This document shows, piece by piece, positions 20,401 to 27,766 of a DNA stretch of 64,000 bases; position 1 is the stretch's first letter, and each line of letters starts with the position of its first letter. The DNA comes from an uncultured bacterium (lineage in GTDB: Bacteria > Acidobacteriota > Thermoanaerobaculia > Multivoradales > JAHEKO01): NCBI GenBank assembly GCA_905479655.1, contig CAJQNK010000121.1, forward strand, positions 14,732 through 78,731. The letters run 5' to 3'. Under the pieces are notes generated by a model, which was not told where the DNA came from, did not search any database, and saw only the letters and a program-made list of their open reading frames with translations. The translations under genes were made by a program, and so were the position numbers.

Positions 20401-20904
20401 CACCCGGGATCGCGGCTGCGGCTCCTGGGAGGGCGGCTTGCCCTCGGGCTCGACCCCGAGATCCCCCCAGCGGTCGGGTCGGTCCCTGCGCAGCGAGACC
20501 CGGTCTCCGCCGGGAGGCTGGCTGTCCGGGGCCTCGCGGTCTACGGCCACCAGGACCGACCAGACGTGCTCGCAGATCTCGCCGGAGGTGAAGCTGGGGC
20601 ACTCGCAGAAGACGTGCAGAGCGCGCTTCTCGGGCACACGGGACCACTCCAGACCGACCCGATAAGCCTTGGGGTCCGCCTGCCGCACCAGCGCGCGAGC
20701 GCGGGTACCTTCGACCTCGAGTTGCACGCGTCCCGCTTCGACATGATCCTCACCGCGCTCTCGGACAGGCGGAGGGAAATGAGAGCTGCTCCGCTTGAAG
20801 AGAGGGGCGAGTGGGGTGTCGGGGGAGCGCCGGCGTTTTCTGCCGCGACGTCGGGTCGGACGTCGAGTCCTCCTAGCCGCACACACTGGCGCGGAGATTA
20901 ACAT
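17410..20904 (-). CDS. SNF2-family helicase with an N-terminal SWIM zinc finger (RapA/YwqA-like); start uncertain (ATG 20904 or an internal GTG)
   Basis: SWIM '[19 protein letters not shown]'. SNF2 motifs '[12 protein letters not shown]', 'DEAQAIKN', and a helicase C-terminal domain ([24 protein letters not shown]). Confidence 0.85.
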   Translation of the reverse strand: MLISAPVCAARRTRRPTRRRGRKRRRSPDTPLAPLFKRSSSHFPPPVRERGEDHVEAGRVQLEVEGTRARALVRQADPKAYRVGLEWSRVPEKRALHVFCECPSFTSGEICEHVWSVLVAVDREAPDSQPPGGDRVSLRRDRPDRWGDLGVEPEGKPPSQEPQPRSRVQTARPRGRRGPATGPPGTSAWRALFAAVRDGGEEETSKDEAKGPAQGVVPDGLRFLINVKDSVPDEAVLLDVFLRRNGPGGKPGRFRRSDVDPESLPRILLPPSVAERRDSASAFVAGFSAPPPSRSRGKRGKATGRPGIQQVRLPPSLYHSVLPHLASNDALGWWDGRRPGGGKDLDWDDSRPWKLSLHLEETSTGTMRLEGTLERNSHKVSVSDPLLVLRGEGDRPSLMVVGGSLARLETRSPRDLQWITRLREANEIIIPRRDLEEAYAELFDIPDLPELGIPDELSLSKETENLQPRLVLSKDDQSVLPDPPLIAELSFLYGDVEVGAGDTRSTVVDWSERRMLKRDLEGEHKALVRLLESGARPLQASEGHQLEVRRQEVPSVAEPLLADGWIVEVQGRSVRSPNPPSMRIESGMDWFELSGSADFDGDEIDMKEILDAVSRGDRFVRLKDGSAGLLPSAWTETYGSLAELAHEEGEGGNLRFLSSQALLVDSLLVEMPPAAVDEAFSKLREKLSSFESIKPKKEPRSFKGTLRGYQREGLGWLDFLREYGLGGVLADDMGLGKTVQVLALMRAHRTKSKSTGLPYLVVVPRSLLYNWIDEANRFTPDLKVVEYGGPGREALHDHLEDYDVIVTTYGTLRRDVGFLATVEFDTIILDEAQAIKNRDSQGAKAARLLQADHRLALTGTPIENHLGELGSIFEFLNPGLLGQLPTLEALMTGRAASKSELERIRQGIRPFILRRTKAHVLKDLPPKTEQILHTTLNDRQRELYDQLRASFQQNLLASAEGGKPANHIEVLAALLRLRQIACHPGLVRDEWADAGSAKLDTVFELVGEVLEEGHKAIVFSQFTKLLGFVRQRLDEQGLPYAYLDGQTRNRRKVVEQFQKDPNTNLFLISLKAGGVGLNLTAAGYVFLLDPWWNPAVEAQAIDRAHRIGQTQPVFAYRLIAQDTVEEKILQLQKAKRQIADAVLEGEEGEEPKELTAKELRMLLS

Positions 20905-21199
20905 GAGGTACGCGCGTTGGGGAAGGGCTCGAGACGAATCCCGTCTTTTCTCCTCGGGCGCGGATGGCGTGTCAATCTCCGCAGGGCGCGGTCCAGGTGA
21001 CGGGGCCGCCCCCCGCGGCGGCCAGGGTGGCGGCTTCCACGGCGTCGAGCTCGCGGCCGTCAGGGCCGCGAGTCCGTCGAACGGATCCTGCGGCGGCCTC
21101 GTCCCCGCGCTCGAGGCCGGGTACACTCTCGCCAGCGGCGCCCCCCGCGGCGCAGCTCCCGCCTCGGCCACCATTCCCTTCCGCAGGACAGGAGATCCC

Positions 21200-21628
21200 A
21201 TGAAGACAGCGACGATCGAGACCGCCCGGGGCACGATTCGCCTCGAGCTGCACGACGACAAGGCACCGAAGACGGTGGCCAACTTCGAGAAGCTGGCAGG
21301 ACAGGGGTTCTACGACGGCCTGAAGTTCCACCGGGTGATCGCCGACTTCATGGTCCAGGCCGGCTGTCCCCAGGGCACCGGCACCGGCGGCCCCGGCTAC
21401 ACCTTCGAAGACGAGATCCACCCGGAGCTGCGCCACGACGGCCCCGGGGTCCTCTCCATGGCGAACGCGGGTCCCAACACGAACGGCTCCCAGTTCTTCG
21501 TCACCCACGTGGCGACACCGTGGCTCAACGGCAAGCACTCGGTCTTCGGCCGCGTCACGGAGGGGCAGGACGTCGTCGACGCGATTCGTCAGGGCGACAC
21601 GATGAGCGAGGTCAAGATCGACGGGTAG
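21200..21628 (+). CDS. Peptidyl-prolyl cis-trans isomerase, cyclophilin type
   Basis: '[30 protein letters not shown]...[14 protein letters not shown]' cyclophilin signature. GGAGA RBS at 21191-21195. Confidence 0.9.
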   Translation: MKTATIETARGTIRLELHDDKAPKTVANFEKLAGQGFYDGLKFHRVIADFMVQAGCPQGTGTGGPGYTFEDEIHPELRHDGPGVLSMANAGPNTNGSQFFVTHVATPWLNGKHSVFGRVTEGQDVVDAIRQGDTMSEVKIDG

Positions 21629-21633
21629 TCGGG

Positions 21634-23178
21634 CTAGGACTCCAGCAGCCCGTGGCGGTCGAGGATCTCCTCCAGCTGAGTCTCGAAGGTGCTCTGGCTG
21701 AAGCGTCGGACCTCGTTCATGGCCAGCCGACTCCGCTCGGCCAGCCGGCCCGTGCCGAGCTCGCTCATGAGGCTCGTCGTGATCGCGGCGAGCTCGCGGC
21801 CGTTGCGGAACAGGAATCCCGACTCTCCGTCCCGAACGATCTCGAGCTGGCCGGCCTTGGCGATGACGACCGGAACGGCGCCCGCGCTCATGGCCTCGCA
21901 GGTCGTGAGACCGAAGTGCTCCAGCTTCTCGGGGTGCCGTCTCTCGCTTTCGCCCCAGCCCGCCGCGTGCCAGAAGATCGACGCTTTTCGGTACTCGTCG
22001 CGGAGGCTGTCGAACGGCAGGTCGGGCAGCAGACGGATCGGGTAGCCGCGCGCCAGGCGCTCGACATCGGCGTAGTGCTCGAGGTCCTCCAGACGGTTGC
22101 GGTGGACCGTCCCGGCGAGTCTCAGCTCCCACCCCCGTGGCACTTCGCCCCGGTCGCACATCCTGCGGAAGACGCGGGCCATCTCGACGTGCTTCTTGTT
22201 GTGCGAACCGTGGAAGAACCGTCCCACCGCCAGGATCACGGGCCGCTTCTCCCGCGGGTCTTCGCAGCGGAAGGCCTCGATGTCCACCGGCGGCGCGAGC
22301 ACCTCGTCGCGTAGGCCCCAGCGCCTCCGCACCCATCGACTGGTGAACTCCGAGATCGACAGCGCGAGGTCGTAGGTCTCCAGGAAGGCGGAGTCCCAGC
22401 GGGCGGAGGCCCGGACCATGCGGGTCAGGAAGCTGCCGGCCGCCCGCCGAGCTCGGGAGGTCGTGAACTGGATGCACAGGCCGAGTTGCCGCGGGTCGTT
22501 GGTCAGACCGCTCTGCCGCGGCACGAAGGTGCGGCTGCTCAGCGTGACGGGAACCGGGCTTCGGGGCTTCCGTGGCGCCGTCAGGACCAACGTGTCGTCC
22601 TCGATCGCCCAGGTCAGCCCCTCGCACTCGACGTCTTCCAGCATCTCTCCGGCCGGGTGGGACGGCGGGTTCGCGAACAGGATGCGTGCGGTGCGCCCCT
22701 GGAAGGCCCGCGGGAAGACCAGCATCTCCGCCCGCTCCCGCGTCCAGGCCCGACCGCCCTCCTCGGAGTGGAAGCCGCCTTGCGGCACGATCGGTGAGCG
22801 GAGGGACGGCTCCAACCGCCGCAGGGTTCGCAGCCACGGGTCGAGGAGGCCGCCGCCGGCCACCTTCTGGGGGAAGAAGACGACGTACGCGGAGCGCCGG
22901 GCCTGGGACGCCAGGGTGGAGCTGAAGGTCGAGTTGACGAACAGGTCGTAGTCGGCCGAGCGCGGCGCCAGCCGGGCCTCGTCGATCCCGGGCCAGCGGC
23001 GGAAGGTGGTCCGCGAGAGATCGATCCCCAGGTGCTCGCCCAGCTCTTCGGGGTCGATGGACTCGACGCCGATGAGCTCCACCTCTTGATTCTTGGCCAG
23101 CGTCGCAGCCAGGGTCGCCGCATAGCGCTCCCCTCCGCCGCGAGTGCTCCAGTAACGGTTGTAGATTCCGATGCGCAC
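21634..23178 (-). CDS. Glycosyltransferase family 1 (GT4-like)
   Basis: N-terminal 'MRIGIYNRYWSTRGGGERY', C-terminal GT1 E-x7-E region (...HAAGWGESERRHPEKLEHFGLTTCEAMSAG). Confidence 0.8.
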   Translation of the reverse strand: MRIGIYNRYWSTRGGGERYAATLAATLAKNQEVELIGVESIDPEELGEHLGIDLSRTTFRRWPGIDEARLAPRSADYDLFVNSTFSSTLASQARRSAYVVFFPQKVAGGGLLDPWLRTLRRLEPSLRSPIVPQGGFHSEEGGRAWTRERAEMLVFPRAFQGRTARILFANPPSHPAGEMLEDVECEGLTWAIEDDTLVLTAPRKPRSPVPVTLSSRTFVPRQSGLTNDPRQLGLCIQFTTSRARRAAGSFLTRMVRASARWDSAFLETYDLALSISEFTSRWVRRRWGLRDEVLAPPVDIEAFRCEDPREKRPVILAVGRFFHGSHNKKHVEMARVFRRMCDRGEVPRGWELRLAGTVHRNRLEDLEHYADVERLARGYPIRLLPDLPFDSLRDEYRKASIFWHAAGWGESERRHPEKLEHFGLTTCEAMSAGAVPVVIAKAGQLEIVRDGESGFLFRNGRELAAITTSLMSELGTGRLAERSRLAMNEVRRFSQSTFETQLEEILDRHGLLES

Positions 23179-23190
23179 GGGAGTTCCCGG

Positions 23191-24480
23191 TCAGTCCTCG
23201 AGCCAGTCCCAGCGCTTGCGCAGGGCCCTGGGGATCTGTCGCACCAGGCTGCGATGGACTTGGAGGCGGGTCTCGAGATCGCGGCGGCTGGTGCCGTCGC
23301 CCCGCAACCCGTCGCGGAAGGTGCGGCCCGTGAGTCGGGCGAGAACCCCCAGCTCCCGGGCATAGCCTCGCAGGAAGCGGCCGGGGGAGGCGTTCTTCGC
23401 CAGGGTCAGCACGCGGTTTCGCGCGGTGTAGAAGTCGAAGGTGGGAGAGCGCTCGACGCTCGAGGCCGCGTGCAGATGACGCACGACCGCCGACGGCTCG
23501 TAGCGGATGCGCCAGCCGTCGGCCCGCAGTCGCCACGAGAGGTCGGTGTCCTCGTAGTACATGAAGAAGTCGCGGTCGAACAGGCCGACCCGGTCCAGGG
23601 CGGCGCGTCGGAGCAGGACGGCCGCACCACACATGGCAGGCACGTCCACGGCCTCCTCGTACTGTCCGACGTCGATCTCGTGGATCCCCCGGTCCGCCGG
23701 GTCTCCACGGTCGTCGAGGATGGTGCCGACGTTGTTGATCACGCCGACCGCAGCGGCCCGCGCGAGCTCGGCCGGGAGCCCGATGCGGAGTCGGTCGGCT
23801 CGGCCAGGCACCTCCAGCGTCGCCACGGGCCGGCCGTCCACCTCGACCTCGGCCTCCCCGGGCCGCTCACCCGTGGCGACGAGCTCCAGGTTCAGACGGA
23901 CCTCGGAGCCGGGCTCGGGCTCACCCAGGGGTACGAGGAGCTCGGCCTGCCCCTCCACGACGCGACCGAGGACGCCGCCGGCCGCCGCCCAACCGCCGAA
24001 TCCGTCGCCGAAGAGGAGCTTGTCGTAGTCGCAGCCGTCGAACGAGCACCGGGGGCCGACGACGATCCGGCCGTGGCTCCCGGCTCCTCGCGAGCGGAGG
24101 AGGACGGGCACGAACGGGCGGTCGAAGAGGATCTTGGAGGTCACGGCCCCGATCGTCTCGTCCTCGCCGGCCGCGGCCAGGAGACGTTCGAGCCAGTCCG
24201 GCTCGGGGAAGGCGTCGTTGTTGATGAGGGCGACGAAGGGAGCGCTCGTCTCCCGGATCCCCAGGTTGTTGCCGCCCGCGAACCCGAGGTTGCCGGACGC
24301 CTGGATCAACCGGACCCAGGGATGGCCTTCGCGCACCAGCTCGACCGAGGCGTCGCTCGAGCGGTTGTCGACGACGACGGTCTCGAACGACGGGCAGGTC
24401 AGGCGGCGCAGGCTCTCCAGCAGCCTGGGGAGGAGACGAGACCCGTTGTAGTTGACCGTGATGACGCTGACTTCGTGCAA
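23191..24480 (-). CDS. Glycosyltransferase family 2
   Basis: 'VSVITVNYNGSRLL...VVDNRSSD...GFAGGNNLG...INNDAFPEPDWL' GT2 motifs. Confidence 0.85.
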   Translation of the reverse strand: MHEVSVITVNYNGSRLLPRLLESLRRLTCPSFETVVVDNRSSDASVELVREGHPWVRLIQASGNLGFAGGNNLGIRETSAPFVALINNDAFPEPDWLERLLAAAGEDETIGAVTSKILFDRPFVPVLLRSRGAGSHGRIVVGPRCSFDGCDYDKLLFGDGFGGWAAAGGVLGRVVEGQAELLVPLGEPEPGSEVRLNLELVATGERPGEAEVEVDGRPVATLEVPGRADRLRIGLPAELARAAAVGVINNVGTILDDRGDPADRGIHEIDVGQYEEAVDVPAMCGAAVLLRRAALDRVGLFDRDFFMYYEDTDLSWRLRADGWRIRYEPSAVVRHLHAASSVERSPTFDFYTARNRVLTLAKNASPGRFLRGYARELGVLARLTGRTFRDGLRGDGTSRRDLETRLQVHRSLVRQIPRALRKRWDWLED

Positions 24481-24505
24481 GCCGCTCGGCTCCCCGATCG
24501 CAGCG

Positions 24506-24760
24506 CTACCGCCCGCGCAGGCGGCGCCACAGCCGGCGCGCGGCGCGCGTGTAACGGAAGGTCCGGCTCGAGAGGATCGAGGTGAGGTGGCTCTGCACCT
24601 GGTCGAGCTGCTCCCGCGTGCGGACCACCTCGCGGCGCAGCCGGGCGTTCTCGACCTGCATCCGTTCCAGCTCCGCCTGCGGAGGCTCGTCTCCGGACCG
24701 CTTCACCTCGGCGGCGACCGGCTTGATCTTCGATGCGGTGCGCCCCGTCGCTTGGGTCAT
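24506..24760 (-). CDS. Small coiled-coil hypothetical protein (84 aa)
   Basis: Internal ATG with a strong GGGAGG RBS 7 nt upstream. Heptad-like 'ELERMQVENARLRREVVRTREQLDQVQSHL'. Confidence 0.4.
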   Translation of the reverse strand: MTQATGRTASKIKPVAAEVKRSGDEPPQAELERMQVENARLRREVVRTREQLDQVQSHLTSILSSRTFRYTRAARRLWRRLRGR

Positions 24761-24887
24761 GGGTTCGCCTCCCGGCCCGGGTAGCCGGAGCGGGTTCGCT
24801 CCGGAGGCCGAGAAAACCAGTCCAGGCAATCTAGCACGCCGAGGAACGCGGCATGGCGGGGGGAGCCCGCCGGCGACGCCCGGCTCG

Positions 24888-26285
24888 TCAGTCGACGTAG
24901 CCCAGGGCCTCGAGGGCCTTCTTCTCCTCGTCCGTCAGGGTAACGGCCTCCTCGTCGCCGCCGCGCGTGAGCTCCTGGGCCAGCTGGCGGCTCTCCTCCA
25001 GACGTCGGCGCAGCTCGCGCGCCAGCCGGTTGGCGCGCTGCCGCTCCTCCGGCGCCAGGTCGTGGCGCTCCTCCGGGTCGGCGAGCAGGTCGTAGAGCTC
25101 GACGGTTCCTTGACCGAGGTCGACACGGACCTTCTCGTCGTCCGTCCGCAGGCCGTACTTCTTCGCGTTGATCGAGTTCTGGCTGAACGTGGAGCGCTTG
25201 TGGCGCTCGCCGCCCGCGATCAACGCCAGCAGGCTCTCCCCCTGGATTCGGGCCGGGGGCTCGACGCCCAGGAGCTCGGCCAGGGTCGGGAGCACGTCCA
25301 CCGTCTCGACGACGTGGTCGATCCTCCGCCCGGCCCCCTCTCCGCCGGGCATCTTGATGACCAGTGGGATCCTGGCCGTCTCCTCGAAGGTCTGCGAGTG
25401 CAGCCAGCGGCCGTGCTCGCGGAACTCCTCGCCGTGGTCGGCGGTGAGGACGATCAGGGCCTCGTCGTACATCCCGCGGTCCCGCAGGCCCTGAAGGAGC
25501 TGGCCGATCTCCTCGGCGAGATACCGTGCACCCGCTCGGTAGAGGCCCTCGATCCGCGCCCGGATCTCCTCGCTCACCTGCGTCCGGTTGCGATCCGTCC
25601 CGATGAGGAAGCTGGTGGCGCAGTTGCCCTCGTCGTCGCAGAACTCGCTGCCGTCCCCGCTGACCCCCAGGCCCTCGCGCAACGGCTCGGGGGCGAAGTA
25701 GGGCAGCTTGTTGTCGGAGCCCTGGGAGAAGTCGGAGTGGGCGTCGTAGTAGTGCAGGAAGAGGAACAACGGCTCCCCGGACTCGTTCCCGGCGTCGATC
25801 CGTTCGAGGGCGGCGCTGTTGACGCGCGGCGCGTAGGTCGGGCGGTGGGGGAGCCGGCGGTAGTCGTCGAAGCCGCGATCGAAACCCCACTTCGGATCGA
25901 GCCACTCCGTCGTGACGATCGCGGAGGTGGTGTAGCCGGCCTCCTTCACCAACTCGCCCAGGACCGGGATGGTCGCGGTGAGGGGGGCTCCTCCCGGGCG
26001 CACGGTGTGCGCCTCGGGGTAGAGCCCGGTGAACAGCGACATGTGGGACGGCAGCGTGTGCGGGATCTGGCACACCGCCTCCTCGAACAGCACGCCGTCC
26101 GCCACCAGGCGGTCGAGCGCCGGAGTCGGCGAGGATTCCGCCCCCGAGAGGGCCCCGAGGGCATCCGCGCGGAAGGTGTCGAGAGAGATCAGCACCACCA
26201 GCCGCGGCGGCGTCGCCTCGGGAGGCGCGCCGCAGGCGCACGGCGCGAACGCGAGGAGGAGCGGTAGGCCTTGCAGGAACCTCAT
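24888..26285 (-). CDS. Sulfatase-like hydrolase/transferase (alkaline-phosphatase superfamily), secreted
   Basis: Signal peptide. 'VVLISLDTFRADAL' metal/nucleophile motif with Ser/Thr instead of Cys. 'LTADHGEEF' and 'HYYDAH' motifs. Confidence 0.8.
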   Translation of the reverse strand: MRFLQGLPLLLAFAPCACGAPPEATPPRLVVLISLDTFRADALGALSGAESSPTPALDRLVADGVLFEEAVCQIPHTLPSHMSLFTGLYPEAHTVRPGGAPLTATIPVLGELVKEAGYTTSAIVTTEWLDPKWGFDRGFDDYRRLPHRPTYAPRVNSAALERIDAGNESGEPLFLFLHYYDAHSDFSQGSDNKLPYFAPEPLREGLGVSGDGSEFCDDEGNCATSFLIGTDRNRTQVSEEIRARIEGLYRAGARYLAEEIGQLLQGLRDRGMYDEALIVLTADHGEEFREHGRWLHSQTFEETARIPLVIKMPGGEGAGRRIDHVVETVDVLPTLAELLGVEPPARIQGESLLALIAGGERHKRSTFSQNSINAKKYGLRTDDEKVRVDLGQGTVELYDLLADPEERHDLAPEERQRANRLARELRRRLEESRQLAQELTRGGDEEAVTLTDEEKKALEALGYVD

Positions 26286-26467
26286 CGGGGACTCGTGGCG
26301 GATGCTCCGCGAGCCGGACCCGCTCTTTCCGGGGCGAATCGTCTCTCGGAGGGGGTCGAGGGTAGCATGAGCCGAGGTCCGCCCGGGTGGCCCGTCTCGG
26401 GTCCGCCGGGCGGGACCGCGTCGCGGAAGGCGACGGGGCGGAGCACGGATCGAGGGGAGCCAGCGGG

Positions 26468-27439
26468 ATGCGAGCGGCCGAACGGGTGACGGTGATCGTG
26501 CCCACCTTGGGTGCGAGTCCCCATCTGGAGGAGTGCCTCGCCCGGCTCGGCGCGGAGGGAGTCGGTGCGGGGGGAGTCGGCGCGCCGGAGCGGATCGTGG
26601 TCGATCAGCGGCCGAGCCCCACCCCGATCGCCGGCGCGGATCGTCTCCTGACCCCCGGCCGGAACCTGGGTTTTGCCGGCGGGGTCGATCTCGGTCTCCG
26701 GGAAGCCGGGAGGGAGCTGGTGGCGGTCGTCAACGACGACCTCCTGCCCGAGCCCGGGTGGCTCGGCGAGCTCGTCGGGGTCCTGGATCGCCACCCGCGG
26801 GCGGCCGCGGCGCAGGGGGTCAACCTCGGCCTCGAAGACCCGAGCCGGGTCGATGGCTGCGGCATCGCCTTCAACCGCTTCTGGCGACCCGTCCAGATCG
26901 GCCAGGGCGTCGCGCCTCCGGCGACCGCGGAAGGGGTGCGGGAGGTCTTCGGCTGCTCGGCCACGGCCGTCCTCTACCGGCGTGAGGCGCTGGCCGCGGT
27001 GGCGGGGCCCGGGGGAGCCGTCTTCGACGAGCGCCTGGTCTCCTACTACGAGGACGTCGAGCTGGCGACGCGTCTGCGGGCGGCCGGATGGACGGCGCTG
27101 GTCGCCCTCGGGGCCCGGGCCCTGCACGCCGGCTCCGTCACCTCGCGCGGGATGCCCTGGCAGCGGCGCAAGCTCCACTTCGCCAACCGGTATCTCGTGT
27201 TGGCCTCTCTCCTCGGCCGGTCCCTCTGGCCGCGGCTGCCGGGCCTGCTGGCGCGCGACCTGGTCGAGATCCTCGGCGAGGTGGCCTCGGGCTCGCCCGT
27301 CGCTCTCGTCGCCGCGGTCGCCGGCTGGGGTCGGGCGGCGCGCCTCCTGGGTCGCTACGGGCCCCGGGGAGCTCCCGCGATCCCGATGTCGGAGCTGCGA
27401 CGGTTCCGGGTCCCGCGAGCCGCCTGGTGGCCCTGGTAG
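26468..27439 (+). CDS. Glycosyltransferase family 2
   Basis: 'VTVIVPTLG...LGFAGGVDLG...VNDDLLPEPGWL' GT2 motifs. Start at the second ATG (MRAAERV). Confidence 0.75.
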   Translation: MRAAERVTVIVPTLGASPHLEECLARLGAEGVGAGGVGAPERIVVDQRPSPTPIAGADRLLTPGRNLGFAGGVDLGLREAGRELVAVVNDDLLPEPGWLGELVGVLDRHPRAAAAQGVNLGLEDPSRVDGCGIAFNRFWRPVQIGQGVAPPATAEGVREVFGCSATAVLYRREALAAVAGPGGAVFDERLVSYYEDVELATRLRAAGWTALVALGARALHAGSVTSRGMPWQRRKLHFANRYLVLASLLGRSLWPRLPGLLARDLVEILGEVASGSPVALVAAVAGWGRAARLLGRYGPRGAPAIPMSELRRFRVPRAAWWPW

Positions 27440-27462
27440 GCCTGGACCGCGCGGCCACCCGG

Positions 27463-27587
27463 TTCGACGCGACGACACCCGGTGAGAAGGTCAGGCTAGT
27501 CCCGCTCCGGAAATTCCATACCCCCATCTCGGCCCCTTCTCCACCTACGGCCCCTCGCTACGACAACCGGTGAGAAAGGCAGGCTAG
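27463..27587 (+). repeat. Two nested right-end fragments of the MITE (each ending in GGTGAGAARGnCAGGCTAG)
   Basis: 27481-27499 GGTGAGAAGGTCAGGCTAG and 27569-27587 GGTGAGAAAGGCAGGCTAG, each preceded by sequence matching the inner right arm of copy A (cacctacggcc.ctcgc.acgaca.ccc). Confidence 0.6.
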
Positions 27588-27766
27588 CCTGACCTTCTCA
27601 CCGGATGTCGTTGCGAGAGGCCGTAGGTGCCTGGAGATGCAAGGCTTGCGACCGAGGGCGACGCAGTCGTACTGTTTGTACGTCGAGGAGCCCGAGCGGA
27701 GCGTAACGTCGCAGATTCAGGTACATACGGTCTCGTAGTAGACAGTTGGTGAGAAGGTCAGGCTAG
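27584..27766 (-). mobile_element. MITE-like element, copy B (183 bp, inverted relative to copy A); its terminal CTAG supplies the stop codon of the HEAT/pseudocaspase gene
   Basis: The reverse complement of 27584..27766 aligns with 13403..13585 with only a handful of mismatches. TIRs CTAGCCTGACCTTCTCACC / GGTGAGAAGGTCAGGCTAG. Confidence 0.75.
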
